A stretch of DNA of 64,000 bases, taken from positions 428-64,427 of the IMG/VR virus record IMGVR_UViG_637000268_000004. One strand, written 5' to 3'. The notes below the pieces were generated by a model. The model was given only the letters and a program-made list of their open reading frames with translations, was not told where the DNA came from and ran no database searches. The DNA comes from a virus. Shown piece after piece: positions 29,222 to 37,348 of the stretch (position 1 is the stretch's first letter; each line of letters opens with the position of its first letter). The position numbers and the translations under genes were made by a program.

Positions 29222-29859
29222 TCACGCCGCGAGAAGCAGCAAGCCTCGTGACTACCCCTGCCTTCTGGGAAGGGCTGAGACCAAACCTGAGCCTGCGGAA
29301 TGCAGGACATCAAGCCCAATTGAAACCCAAAGCCACGACGCAAATCCCGATCCTTTAAAAACGCATAGAAGGTCTGAACACGAAAACTGAGTGCAGCGTG
29401 ATAAAGCACCACTCGCCCAAAATCCTCTAACACCCTCAATTCCCGAAGTTTGGGATGAAAATAGAGGTCCCCAAAATATGCCAACTCTCCACCAAGACTG
29501 AGGTCAACAAGAGGCGACACCGAAGAAATCACATCAGCGCCATCATCGCGCGGATACTGCCTCTTTAGACTGCGCCTCCAGTAACTTGATATCGGCTCCC
29601 CATTCAGTACCTCCCTCTTTACACCTGCAGCCCCCATGACGTCGCCCTCGAGAGCCAATGACACCCAAAAGCATGAATCACGGGTGAAATCGTTCCATGC
29701 AAACGATAGCGATGGAGTTAGGTATGGCTTCCCTACAGCCTCAAGTCGCCGAGCGGCATCCTCAAAATCGTGAGTAACAGCTAATTCACACCCCCTGGAG
29801 CGCAACCGATCCATCCTGGCATTAATCGCCGAAACCAAGCTAAACACATGCTCAGTCAT
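29179..29859 (-). CDS. GNAT / acyl-synthase (LuxI/N-acyl amino acid synthase fold-like) protein
   Basis: ATG at 29859 after GGAGAGG; FWVSL..EGDVMGAAGVK, YFGDLYFHPKLR and FYAFL...RGFG segments fit the acyltransferase fold pattern. Confidence 0.55.
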   Translation of the reverse strand: MTEHVFSLVSAINARMDRLRSRGCELAVTHDFEDAARRLEAVGKPYLTPSLSFAWNDFTRDSCFWVSLALEGDVMGAAGVKREVLNGEPISSYWRRSLKRQYPRDDGADVISSVSPLVDLSLGGELAYFGDLYFHPKLRELRVLEDFGRVVLYHAALSFRVQTFYAFLKDRDLRRGFGFQLGLMSCIPQAQVWSQPFPEGRGSHEACCFSRRDQVLELARLDAGIA

Positions 29860-29956
29860 TAAATTTTCCGCCTCTCCGTCAATACTTGCCCTTATACAGC
29901 ATCGCATTGAGTCTGACACTCGCAGGATACTGTGAGACCATACTGGACTCTCATTA

Positions 29957-30009
29957 TGACCTTTTTGGTCATTTTTGTTATTGACGATGACCATATTGGT
30001 CACTAGCCT
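29957..30009 (+). promoter_or_regulatory. OL-like operators and PL-like promoter
   Basis: Perfect TGACC-N5-GGTCA at 29957-29971 and 29988-30002; TTGACG(29981)-N17-TAGCCT. Confidence 0.75.
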
Positions 30010-30037
30010 CGCGTCCATACAGACGGAGAGCAGCAAC

Positions 30038-30295
30038 ATGAATGACCTCACAAAGAGTGCATTTCGCATCCTCAGCACCCCCGAGGACCACAGTGAAACT
30101 CCCGAAGTGTTTCAAACCGCTTGGGCAGAACTGAAAGCGCAACGCGGTCAGGACATGCGCACCTCAAACCTTCCCGGCTCTCTGCACGATGTTCGCCCCT
30201 CTCGCAGCATCATTGAGACCGTCAGAGAGATCGCGCACCGCAAGGGGTACAAACTCGCACGACCCCGCCCTGTGCCGGGAGATCGCCGCGCATGA
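30038..30295 (+). CDS. Hypothetical protein, first gene of the early-left operon
   Basis: ATG after GGAGAG, directly downstream of the PL-like promoter. Confidence 0.65.
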   Translation: MNDLTKSAFRILSTPEDHSETPEVFQTAWAELKAQRGQDMRTSNLPGSLHDVRPSRSIIETVREIAHRKGYKLARPRPVPGDRRA

Positions 30296-30594
30296 CGCCG
30301 TGCCCTATCGCCACTTTCGCCCGCACGCTATTGGCGCTGCCAGCCAATGAACGGCGTGACAGCTTTGCCACCGCCGTGATCGAGGCAGGCGGCACCTACC
30401 CGATCGATCTGGCAGCGTGCACGCCATTTGAGGTGCAGCTCGCAGGCTATTCCGCTCTCGCACACAGCGAGGATGCCGCAATCTGCGCCTGGGCGGAGGA
30501 GGTGCTCAAGAATGCCGATCTGGTCGAGGATGATGGGTTTCTTACCATACACCCCCGACTGCAGCAGGGGCCTGTGCCCGCAGGTCCCTGCTGA
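30292..30594 (+). CDS. Hypothetical protein
   Basis: ATGA-coupled to the previous gene. Confidence 0.6.
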   Translation: MTPCPIATFARTLLALPANERRDSFATAVIEAGGTYPIDLAACTPFEVQLAGYSALAHSEDAAICAWAEEVLKNADLVEDDGFLTIHPRLQQGPVPAGPC

Positions 30595-30717
30595 GGCAGC
30601 CCGGCCGGGAGCGTTCGAGCAGGCTCCCGGCCAACCATTCCAGTTATGTCCGGGCGCGGCACGCAAATTCCATCACTCACGCGAAACCGAGCCGCGCCCA
30701 GAAGTCAGGAGACTCTC

Positions 30718-30906
30718 ATGGCAGAGGAAAGAGTAATCGCCGCCTATGAAGCGGCCACCGAAACCGGATGGGCTATTGTCGATGCCAGAGGTTGCACCCG
30801 GCCCGCCAACGCCGAAGAAGCCCAGCGGTTTCACCAAGTGCCAAGTTTTCAAGAACTTGCAGCTGCCCGCCGCCTGTACCCGGGCTCAAAAGGAGCATCC
30901 AGATGA
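30718..30906 (+). CDS. Hypothetical protein
   Basis: ATG after AGGAG; coupled to the next gene. Confidence 0.55.
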   Translation: MAEERVIAAYEAATETGWAIVDARGCTRPANAEEAQRFHQVPSFQELAAARRLYPGSKGASR

Positions 30907-31607
30907 ATTTTGACTTCGATCTTCCTGCAAAGGCACTTTTTCGCGCGATGCCGATTTGCCGTGAAAACACCCGCTTCAATATTGATGGCGTGCTGATCGA
31001 TCCAGACCCGAATGGCGGCGCCTGGCTTGTCGCTACCGATGGTAAAGGCATGCTTGTCCAGTATGATCCTGACACGAAGGTTCCTGAAAAATGCGTTGTG
31101 AAGGTGAGTGCCGCGTGGCTGACTGAGACCCGCTTCGATTACGACATGAGCTTAATCGGCGATCTCAACGATATTCACTGGTGCGATACGCGTCTTGAGT
31201 TTTCAAAAGACACGATGACGGCGATGAGCAGCGACTTCGACATCGCTCACTGCCTAGCCGAGGCGGGGCCTGATGTATTCTGCCAGATCCGATACAACCC
31301 GATTTCCTTTCCCGATTGGCGCAAGGCTCTGGATACGTCCGCCAATACGTCCGAACTTGCACGCCCAGTGGAACGCCAGACCGCGCTCGATACCGGATAC
31401 CTCACGGATTTGATTGGATGGTCTCGTGGGTTTCAGGTCAACCCCGCCCCAGCTGGACACGCGAGACTGATCTCTTTCGTGGGCGAGCCCAATACCTTTG
31501 CCGTACTGATGCCAATGGTCGCGGATGCGACGGATCCGCTGCCGCCGCTCCTGGAACGGGCCGGGCGCGCGGACCTGATCCAAGGCCCCCAGCGCGCGGC
31601 CGAATAG
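30903..31607 (+). CDS. DNA polymerase III beta-clamp-like phage protein
   Basis: TRFNIDGVLI...LVATDGK resembles the clamp R..L.GV...lVATDG motif. Confidence 0.55.
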   Translation: MNFDFDLPAKALFRAMPICRENTRFNIDGVLIDPDPNGGAWLVATDGKGMLVQYDPDTKVPEKCVVKVSAAWLTETRFDYDMSLIGDLNDIHWCDTRLEFSKDTMTAMSSDFDIAHCLAEAGPDVFCQIRYNPISFPDWRKALDTSANTSELARPVERQTALDTGYLTDLIGWSRGFQVNPAPAGHARLISFVGEPNTFAVLMPMVADATDPLPPLLERAGRADLIQGPQRAAE

Positions 31608-31798
31608 GACTGCCGGATTCCCGGCTCAGAGGTGGAGAGGGACCAGCTGCGGGGGGACGACCACACAAACGTCAAAGGTCCGCAGCCTGTGTCAAGGAAC
31701 AGGCCACCACGTGCGAACCGTGGGCTGTAAATCTGAGAGAGTGAGCGGGCGCTCTTTAAATACCCCCGACCAATTCAGTCGCACTTCAGGAGGCTACT

Positions 31799-32155
31799 TT
31801 GGTCGAGTTCATTGGGAAACAATACGTAAGCGACGACGGCGCGGAGACGCTGGCCGATTTGCGCGTCGGTTCTACGCTGAAGCCGCAAGGGACTGCCCCT
31901 ATTTCGATGCTTGCCCGTGTGCCCAGCGATGAATGTGGTTGCCCGGAAGAGCTATGGCGCCTCGACGGCATCGACCTCCTTTTCCACTTCGAGGAAGACG
32001 GCCAGAGCGAGGCCCTCCTCTTCGCCGGCGACTGGGAAATGGAAACCACCCTTCAGGCACGATCCCTCGATGATCTGCGCGCCAAATCCTTTCAGTGGTT
32101 CGCGGATGTGATGGATTTCGCGGCCGAGCCCGAAACATCTGGAGCCTCTTCATGA
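31799..32155 (+). CDS. Hypothetical protein
   Basis: RBS AGGAGG; ATGA-coupled to ParB. Confidence 0.55.
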   Translation: MVEFIGKQYVSDDGAETLADLRVGSTLKPQGTAPISMLARVPSDECGCPEELWRLDGIDLLFHFEEDGQSEALLFAGDWEMETTLQARSLDDLRAKSFQWFADVMDFAAEPETSGASS

Positions 32156-34023
32156 CCAAGCACAGCCCTCTGAACCATCCCGACGCCCCGCTGCAATACC
32201 TCCCGTTGTCCGAGCTTTACTTGCACGACATGAACCCGCGCCAGGACACGCCTGACGACGACGTCGCAGCGATGGCGGATTCAATCACCGTGAACGGTCT
32301 CTTGCAGAACCTTCTGGGCTATCGCGACCCCGCAAACTCCGGCGTCGGCATTGTTGCGGGTGGCCGTCGCCTGCGCGGGTTGATCCACCTAGGCAAGAAC
32401 GGCGCGCAGATGCTGGACAGCAAAGCACCTGACCTGTCGGCCATTCCCGTTCAGGTCACCGATGATGCGTTCCTCGCCCGGGCATGGGCCGGCACGGAAT
32501 CCGCAACGCAAAAACCCTTACACCCGGCGGATGAGATCCGGGCTTATGCTGCATTGGCGGATCAGGGAAACTCGGCCGAGATGATCGCGCGCACATTTGC
32601 CCAGACCGTGCGGCACGTGAAGGGGCGCCTCGCCTTGGCCCACCTTTGCACAGCGACGATCGAGGCACTGCGCCGGGGCGACATCACGCTTGATGTTGCC
32701 AAGGCCCTCACCCTCGCCCGTGATCCAGAGCAGGAGCTGGAAGTCCTGCAAGGCGCGCTCGACGGCAAAAGACAGGAGTGGTGGGTCAAGCAGCAACTGA
32801 CCGACAGCAAAGTTCGCGCGAGCAATTACAAGGCTGCGTATGTCGGTCGGGACGGCTATGTCGCCGCCGGCGGGCGCATGCGCGATGACCTATTCGATGA
32901 TGAATCCTATCTCGAGGATCCGGATATCCTGGACGCCCTCTTCGAAAAGAAACTTGCCGACATCGCCGAGGGTATCAAGGTGCAATTCGGCTGGAACTGG
33001 GTCAAACCACACTCGGAGTCTCACATCCCATATTCACTCACGTCAAACCTGACGCAGGTGGCTGGGAAAAAGACGCCACTGTCAATGAAAGAGCAGAACG
33101 AACAGGCCGAGCTGCAGGACAAGGAATTCCGCGAGACGCTGACACCTGCAGAGGCGAAGCGCCTGAATGAGTTAGAGTCAAAGGCGAAGCCCTTCTGGGA
33201 AGAAGCGACTCGCGCGAAATGCGGAATATACGTCTATGTCGATCACCGCGGAAAACTGTGCATTGACGGCGCGTACAAGGATCAAAAGAGCACCAAGAAA
33301 AACACCAGACCTGGTGATGCCGGCGCGGAAACCGACATTCCAAGCCCAAAGCTGACGCAGGCCGGCGTCGAAGATCTTCGCAGGATCCAGCTATTGGCCT
33401 TGCAGACAGCCACCTTGGGCAAGACAGAGCTGGTTCTGGATCTCTTCGCGTGGCAGCTCGAATGCGGCTACGCGACCTACAGTGGCCTGTTCAATATCTC
33501 CCTGACCGATCCGCAGATCGAACCTGAGGCGGAAGGCGCATGGACCGTAGACGACGCGCTTTCCGATGGCAGCAATCAGCGGGAGCTCGGGAGAACGCAG
33601 GGCAACTATGCCGAAAGCTTCAAGACCTTCCAAGCCAAGGGCAAAAAGCACCGCAACACGGTGCTGACCCGTCACCTGATCCGGACAATCAACGGCCAAA
33701 CCGTTAACGCGCTTGGAACGTCCCTCTTGGCCCCAATGGTCGAACCTGACATCCGTTCGGTCTGGACACCGGACGCCCCCACCTACTTCAGCCGGATCAG
33801 CAAGGCAGCGCTCGAAAGCCTCTGGCAGGATCTGGTGCTAGAGGGTCGACCCGAAGCCGACGCCGCAGACTTCAATGCCATGAGGAAGTCCGATAAGATT
33901 GAGAACCTGCATCGCTTGTTCAATGACGCTGACTTTCGCAAAGCTCTTCAGCTGGGGCCCGAGGCCGAGCATCGGATTGCGACCTGGCTGCCCCCGGAGA
34001 TGGAAACCGAGGCCGCACAATGA
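32152..34023 (+). CDS. Long ParB/RepB/Spo0J-family protein
   Basis: MNPR...SI...GLLQNL...VAGGRRL CTPase-like box, LHPADE, HTH. Confidence 0.85.
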   Translation: MTKHSPLNHPDAPLQYLPLSELYLHDMNPRQDTPDDDVAAMADSITVNGLLQNLLGYRDPANSGVGIVAGGRRLRGLIHLGKNGAQMLDSKAPDLSAIPVQVTDDAFLARAWAGTESATQKPLHPADEIRAYAALADQGNSAEMIARTFAQTVRHVKGRLALAHLCTATIEALRRGDITLDVAKALTLARDPEQELEVLQGALDGKRQEWWVKQQLTDSKVRASNYKAAYVGRDGYVAAGGRMRDDLFDDESYLEDPDILDALFEKKLADIAEGIKVQFGWNWVKPHSESHIPYSLTSNLTQVAGKKTPLSMKEQNEQAELQDKEFRETLTPAEAKRLNELESKAKPFWEEATRAKCGIYVYVDHRGKLCIDGAYKDQKSTKKNTRPGDAGAETDIPSPKLTQAGVEDLRRIQLLALQTATLGKTELVLDLFAWQLECGYATYSGLFNISLTDPQIEPEAEGAWTVDDALSDGSNQRELGRTQGNYAESFKTFQAKGKKHRNTVLTRHLIRTINGQTVNALGTSLLAPMVEPDIRSVWTPDAPTYFSRISKAALESLWQDLVLEGRPEADAADFNAMRKSDKIENLHRLFNDADFRKALQLGPEAEHRIATWLPPEMETEAAQ

Positions 34024-34379
34024 ACGCTCTCGATCGCATAATAGCTGAACGCCAGCGGCAGATCTCTGTCGAAGGCTGGAACCAGGCTCATGACGACGCC
34101 CACACCGGTGGAGAACTTGCGACTGCAGCCTTTTTGTATCTTAGCCACGGCACCGTTCACGACACCGTGTTGCGTGCCGATGGGGCCCCGAAGGGTTGGC
34201 CATGGGAACGCGATTGGTGGAAACCCCGGGATCGCCTGCGCAACCTTGAGCGTGCCGGCGCTCTGTTTCTGGCTGAGATCGAGCGCAGGAAGCGAGCGAG
34301 CCTCCCGGCACAATCGATCGAGCATGCTCTGTCGATCACTCTCAACAGGCTGGAAGACGTGTTGAAACAGGAGGGTTGA
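34020..34379 (+). CDS. Conserved phage hypothetical protein
   Basis: ERQRQ..VEGW...HDD...WPW...WKP...L.RAGAL..AEIER pattern. Confidence 0.7.
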   Translation: MNALDRIIAERQRQISVEGWNQAHDDAHTGGELATAAFLYLSHGTVHDTVLRADGAPKGWPWERDWWKPRDRLRNLERAGALFLAEIERRKRASLPAQSIEHALSITLNRLEDVLKQEG

Positions 34380-34380
34380 G

Positions 34381-34632
34381 ATGCCTGTACAGCAGCTATT
34401 CGTTAAAGAGGCGGACATCGCCAAGATGCTAGGCCATGACGTCAAATGGCTGCGCTCAAACAGCGATACACTCGAGCGTCAGTACGGCTTTCCCAAGATT
34501 GATCCTGCCATTGGCATGCGTCATCGTGAGGCAGTTGAGGAATGGGCGCGAGAACGCAACACAAGAACTGCGGCAGCGCGCTCCGGGCGGTTGACGGAAA
34601 GCAACCATACGGAGAACACCGATGCGTTTTAG
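34381..34632 (+). CDS. Excisionase-like winged-HTH protein
   Basis: Small DNA-binding-like ORF overlapping the integrase start; FP.ID..IG.R motif. Confidence 0.65.
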   Translation: MPVQQLFVKEADIAKMLGHDVKWLRSNSDTLERQYGFPKIDPAIGMRHREAVEEWARERNTRTAAARSGRLTESNHTENTDAF

Positions 34633-35854
34633 AGACTCGCTCTGGGACGACAGTGAACCGGCTTACGCGCCGTTCCTGAAGTACCGAAAAGACAGGGACC
34701 GCTATTTCTGGCGGCCCACCAGTAAATATCTCGATGCGGGGTACAGCATCAAAACCTATGATCTTGGGGGATCGCAAGGCGACGGGCTTGATCTAGAGCG
34801 CGCCGCTCAGTGCCGTGCCCTAACTCGAGAAATGCTTCAATGGTTCGATGGGGAGAAGCAGGGCCGCAAGCCAGGAACATGGGGATGGTTGATTGCTCGC
34901 TATCTTTCGGACGAGTTCAGCTCGTATCATGACGTTCTGCCGCAAACCCAGGACAAGTATCGTCAGATGATGGGATACATCGAGCAAGCCATCGGGAATG
35001 TCCTGATCGAAGAAACCGACTTCGAGCGCATGATGCGGTGGAAAAAAGCGATGCAAGACAAGGGCCGTTCCACTCACTACATCAAAAAGTGGTTCACCCA
35101 CTGGAGGCTGGTTGTCTCTCACGGGATCAAGATCGGGGACGATCACTGCTCCAAGATCAAAGCCATCCGTGAGGAGGTCCGGATCCAGAACCCTCCCCGT
35201 CGGTCAACTTACGCGACCCGAGAACAGATCGAGGCAATTGTTGCGCAAGCAGATCGTATGGGGCGCCCGTACCTATCGCTAGCGATCTTGATGCGGTTCG
35301 AGTTCATCCTGCGCGGCGTCGACGTTCACGGCCAATGGGTGAAGGCAAAAGACCAGCAAGGAGGCGTTCGCGACGGTGGACAAATCTGGGTCGACGGCCT
35401 GACATGGGATATGTTCGACCGGGACCTGACCTCCTTCACCAAAGTGATCAGCAAAACCCGCAAAAGCCTGACAGAGCCATACACCTTCAGCCTGAAGCAC
35501 ACCCCAGAAATCCGAGAACGCCTTTTGGCAATCCCCAAGGATCAGCGCACCGGCCCGGTAATCAAACTGAGCTCCGGGAAGCCGCCCAAAAACGGTGTCA
35601 TTTCGCGAAGCTTCAAAGAGGTTCTCCGGCAGGTCAATCAAGCTCGCAAGCGCTCCGACCTCGAGCCCTTCCCTGATGAGCTACAGATCCGGGACACGCG
35701 AGCCGGCGGCATCACCGAAGCCATGTCTCTGGTCGACCCTACAACCCTCCAGCACGCTGCTCAGCACACCCAGGGCGCCACTACCGCGATCTACACCCGC
35801 GATCGCTCAGGATCGGCAAACAACGTTGTCAAGATTCGAGCAAATCGCGGCTGA
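34622..35854 (+). CDS. int: Tyrosine integrase
   Basis: Box I LR, IRDTR, H(TQGATT)AIY catalytic residues; adjacent to att. Confidence 0.85.
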   Translation: MRFRDSLWDDSEPAYAPFLKYRKDRDRYFWRPTSKYLDAGYSIKTYDLGGSQGDGLDLERAAQCRALTREMLQWFDGEKQGRKPGTWGWLIARYLSDEFSSYHDVLPQTQDKYRQMMGYIEQAIGNVLIEETDFERMMRWKKAMQDKGRSTHYIKKWFTHWRLVVSHGIKIGDDHCSKIKAIREEVRIQNPPRRSTYATREQIEAIVAQADRMGRPYLSLAILMRFEFILRGVDVHGQWVKAKDQQGGVRDGGQIWVDGLTWDMFDRDLTSFTKVISKTRKSLTEPYTFSLKHTPEIRERLLAIPKDQRTGPVIKLSSGKPPKNGVISRSFKEVLRQVNQARKRSDLEPFPDELQIRDTRAGGITEAMSLVDPTTLQHAAQHTQGATTAIYTRDRSGSANNVVKIRANRG

Positions 35855-35863
35855 GAACGCAAC

Positions 35864-35893
35864 GTGTACCAACTCGTGTACCGGAAGTGTACC
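35864..35893 (+). repeat. Three GTGTACC direct repeats, putative integrase arm sites
   Basis: Copies at 35864, 35876 and 35887 between int and the att core. Confidence 0.55.
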
Positions 35894-35945
35894 AAGCTAA
35901 TCTCACACTGATCTTCAATTTGGAAAAAGTCTATTCTCTTCATGG

Positions 35946-35999
35946 TGGTACGGGCGGCGGGATTCGAACCCGCACGGCTTACGCCTGGGGATTTTAAGT
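35946..35999 (-). tRNA. 3' half of tRNA-Leu(TAA) only; att core at the P1/P2 junction
   Basis: Minus strand ACTTAAAATCCCCAGGCGTAAGCCGTGCGGGTTCGAATCCCGCCGCCCGTACCA has anticodon loop, long variable arm, T arm and CCA; the 5' acceptor/D arm is missing. Confidence 0.85.
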
Positions 36000-36094
36000 T
36001 CTATTTGAACCATCTAAAATCAAAGCCTTACCCAAATTCACTCACACGGACATTTCGAAAACAAAGCAAGAATGTGTGAGTCGGGCTTTGTAGG

Positions 36095-36289
36095 TCAATT
36101 CTGACCACTCGCACGAAAGACGACGCGCGCGCCGTGCTGGAGCGTTACCTCCAAATCTCGCGAGGTACTTGCAACCGTTCGCCGGTAAACCACTTCGGCG
36201 ACCGCAAAGCTCTCGAAGTGCTCATCTGAGACAATTCGATCCTTAGCGTCTCTGATTACCACGCGGTGATCGACGTGAATTTTCCCCAC
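36095..36289 (-). CDS. Hypothetical protein
   Basis: GTG start after AAGGAG. Confidence 0.5.
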   Translation of the reverse strand: MGKIHVDHRVVIRDAKDRIVSDEHFESFAVAEVVYRRTVASTSRDLEVTLQHGARVVFRASGQN

Positions 36290-36300
36290 TACTCGCTCCT

Positions 36301-36555
36301 TCAAGAACTCGGCTCGAACCGGCCGCACATTGGGTCGCCGCCATCAAAGGCTGGCTGGACCCACCTCATACCGACAGCTGCCGCAGTAGCCTCATGTTCG
36401 ATTACACAGAGACATAATTCTTCGAGGTCAAAACCTTTTTCAGCCACACTATGACGGAGCAGATCCTCGTCGTTGATTACGACAGATCCAAGCGCGGCTC
36501 GGACGTCTCCGACCGTCTCCAGGCATTTATCCCCTAGCCAAGCCGTCACGCACAT
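36301..36555 (-). CDS. Hypothetical protein
   Basis: ATG after AAGGAG. Confidence 0.55.
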   Translation of the reverse strand: MCVTAWLGDKCLETVGDVRAALGSVVINDEDLLRHSVAEKGFDLEELCLCVIEHEATAAAVGMRWVQPAFDGGDPMCGRFEPSS

Positions 36556-36575
36556 AGACTCGCTCCTTTTCTGGA

Positions 36576-37217
36576 TCACTCTCCAACGATATCCGGGGCG
36601 CGGTGGCCCGCGTCCCATTCCTTCTGCCAGGCGTAGTATGCCGCCCGGCTGATCGTCGGCCCATCGAGTTCCTTCATCGCCTTCCAGACCGTGTTGCCGC
36701 GCTCACCAGCGGCAAGCATTTCCTCTGCCTTGGCAACCCGCTCCGGCGTCATAGCCTTTGGTCGGCCACCCACGTCGCCGCGCTCTTTCGCCCGCTCGAT
36801 CCCGGCCTTGGTGCGCTCCACGATCAGGTCTCGCTCCAGTTCGGCGAAGACGGCCAGAAGGTGGATCATAGCCTTGCCCATAGGGCCCGTGGTGTCGATC
36901 CGCTCCGTCAGGCTGACGAAGGTAACGCCGCGGTCTGACAGCAGCTTGAGCGTATCCAGCACGCCGCCAAGGGTCCGCCCAAGGCGGTCCAGCTTCCAGA
37001 CGACCAGCTCCGTCCCTTCATATTGGGCATACCTCAGCGCCCTCATGAACTGGGGTCGCTTCATGGTGCCGCCGCTGGCCCGGTCCACAAAGATCAATTC
37101 CTCTGGGACGCCGTACCGCTTCAGCTCATGGATCTGCATATCCGGGTTTTGGTCGGCAGTGGAGACGCGAGCGTATCCGATCTTGCGTGTCGGCTGGTTC
37201 TCGGATTCGGACGCCAC
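36576..37217 (-). CDS. Small serine recombinase (resolvase/invertase family)
   Basis: GYARVST, LVVWKLDRLGR, ERTKAG...G..GGRP motifs. Confidence 0.93.
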   Translation of the reverse strand: MASESENQPTRKIGYARVSTADQNPDMQIHELKRYGVPEELIFVDRASGGTMKRPQFMRALRYAQYEGTELVVWKLDRLGRTLGGVLDTLKLLSDRGVTFVSLTERIDTTGPMGKAMIHLLAVFAELERDLIVERTKAGIERAKERGDVGGRPKAMTPERVAKAEEMLAAGERGNTVWKAMKELDGPTISRAAYYAWQKEWDAGHRAPDIVGE

Positions 37218-37231
37218 TTTCTTACTACCTC

Positions 37232-37303
37232 GCGTAAAATTTTCACGCCTAATCTGGACTAACTATCTAGACAGGTCAACTGCAGCGCGATACAGTCCAG
37301 AAA
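37232..37303. promoter_or_regulatory. Divergent promoter region with putative recombinase-binding repeats
   Basis: GTCYAGAWW at 37251-37259 (-), 37264-37272 (-) and 37295-37303 (+); near-palindrome at 37232-37248. Confidence 0.45.
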
Positions 37304-37348
37304 CATAGTCTTGTTACCAGTTCCGCGCCGCCTGAAAAGGAGCCTTAA

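Larger units (their letters stand above)
1..35999. mobile_element. Prophage P1 (siphovirus-type, integrated; left end outside the window)
   Basis: Contiguous lysis-tail-head-terminase-replication-immunity-xis/int gene order ending at a tRNA-derived att core next to the integrase. Confidence 0.95.

Noticed and set aside
29860-30078. N-terminal 73-aa extension of the acyl-synthase-like ORF
   Set aside because: It runs through the operators/promoter and overlaps the next gene; a strong RBS supports ATG 29859
31720-31735. tRNA-Tyr-like CTGTAAA loop
   Set aside because: No D arm, T arm (TTCG) or acceptor stem in the right spacing
35946-36030. Complete tRNA-Leu gene
   Set aside because: No 5' acceptor strand, D arm or 5' anticodon stem upstream on the minus strand; only the 3' half is present
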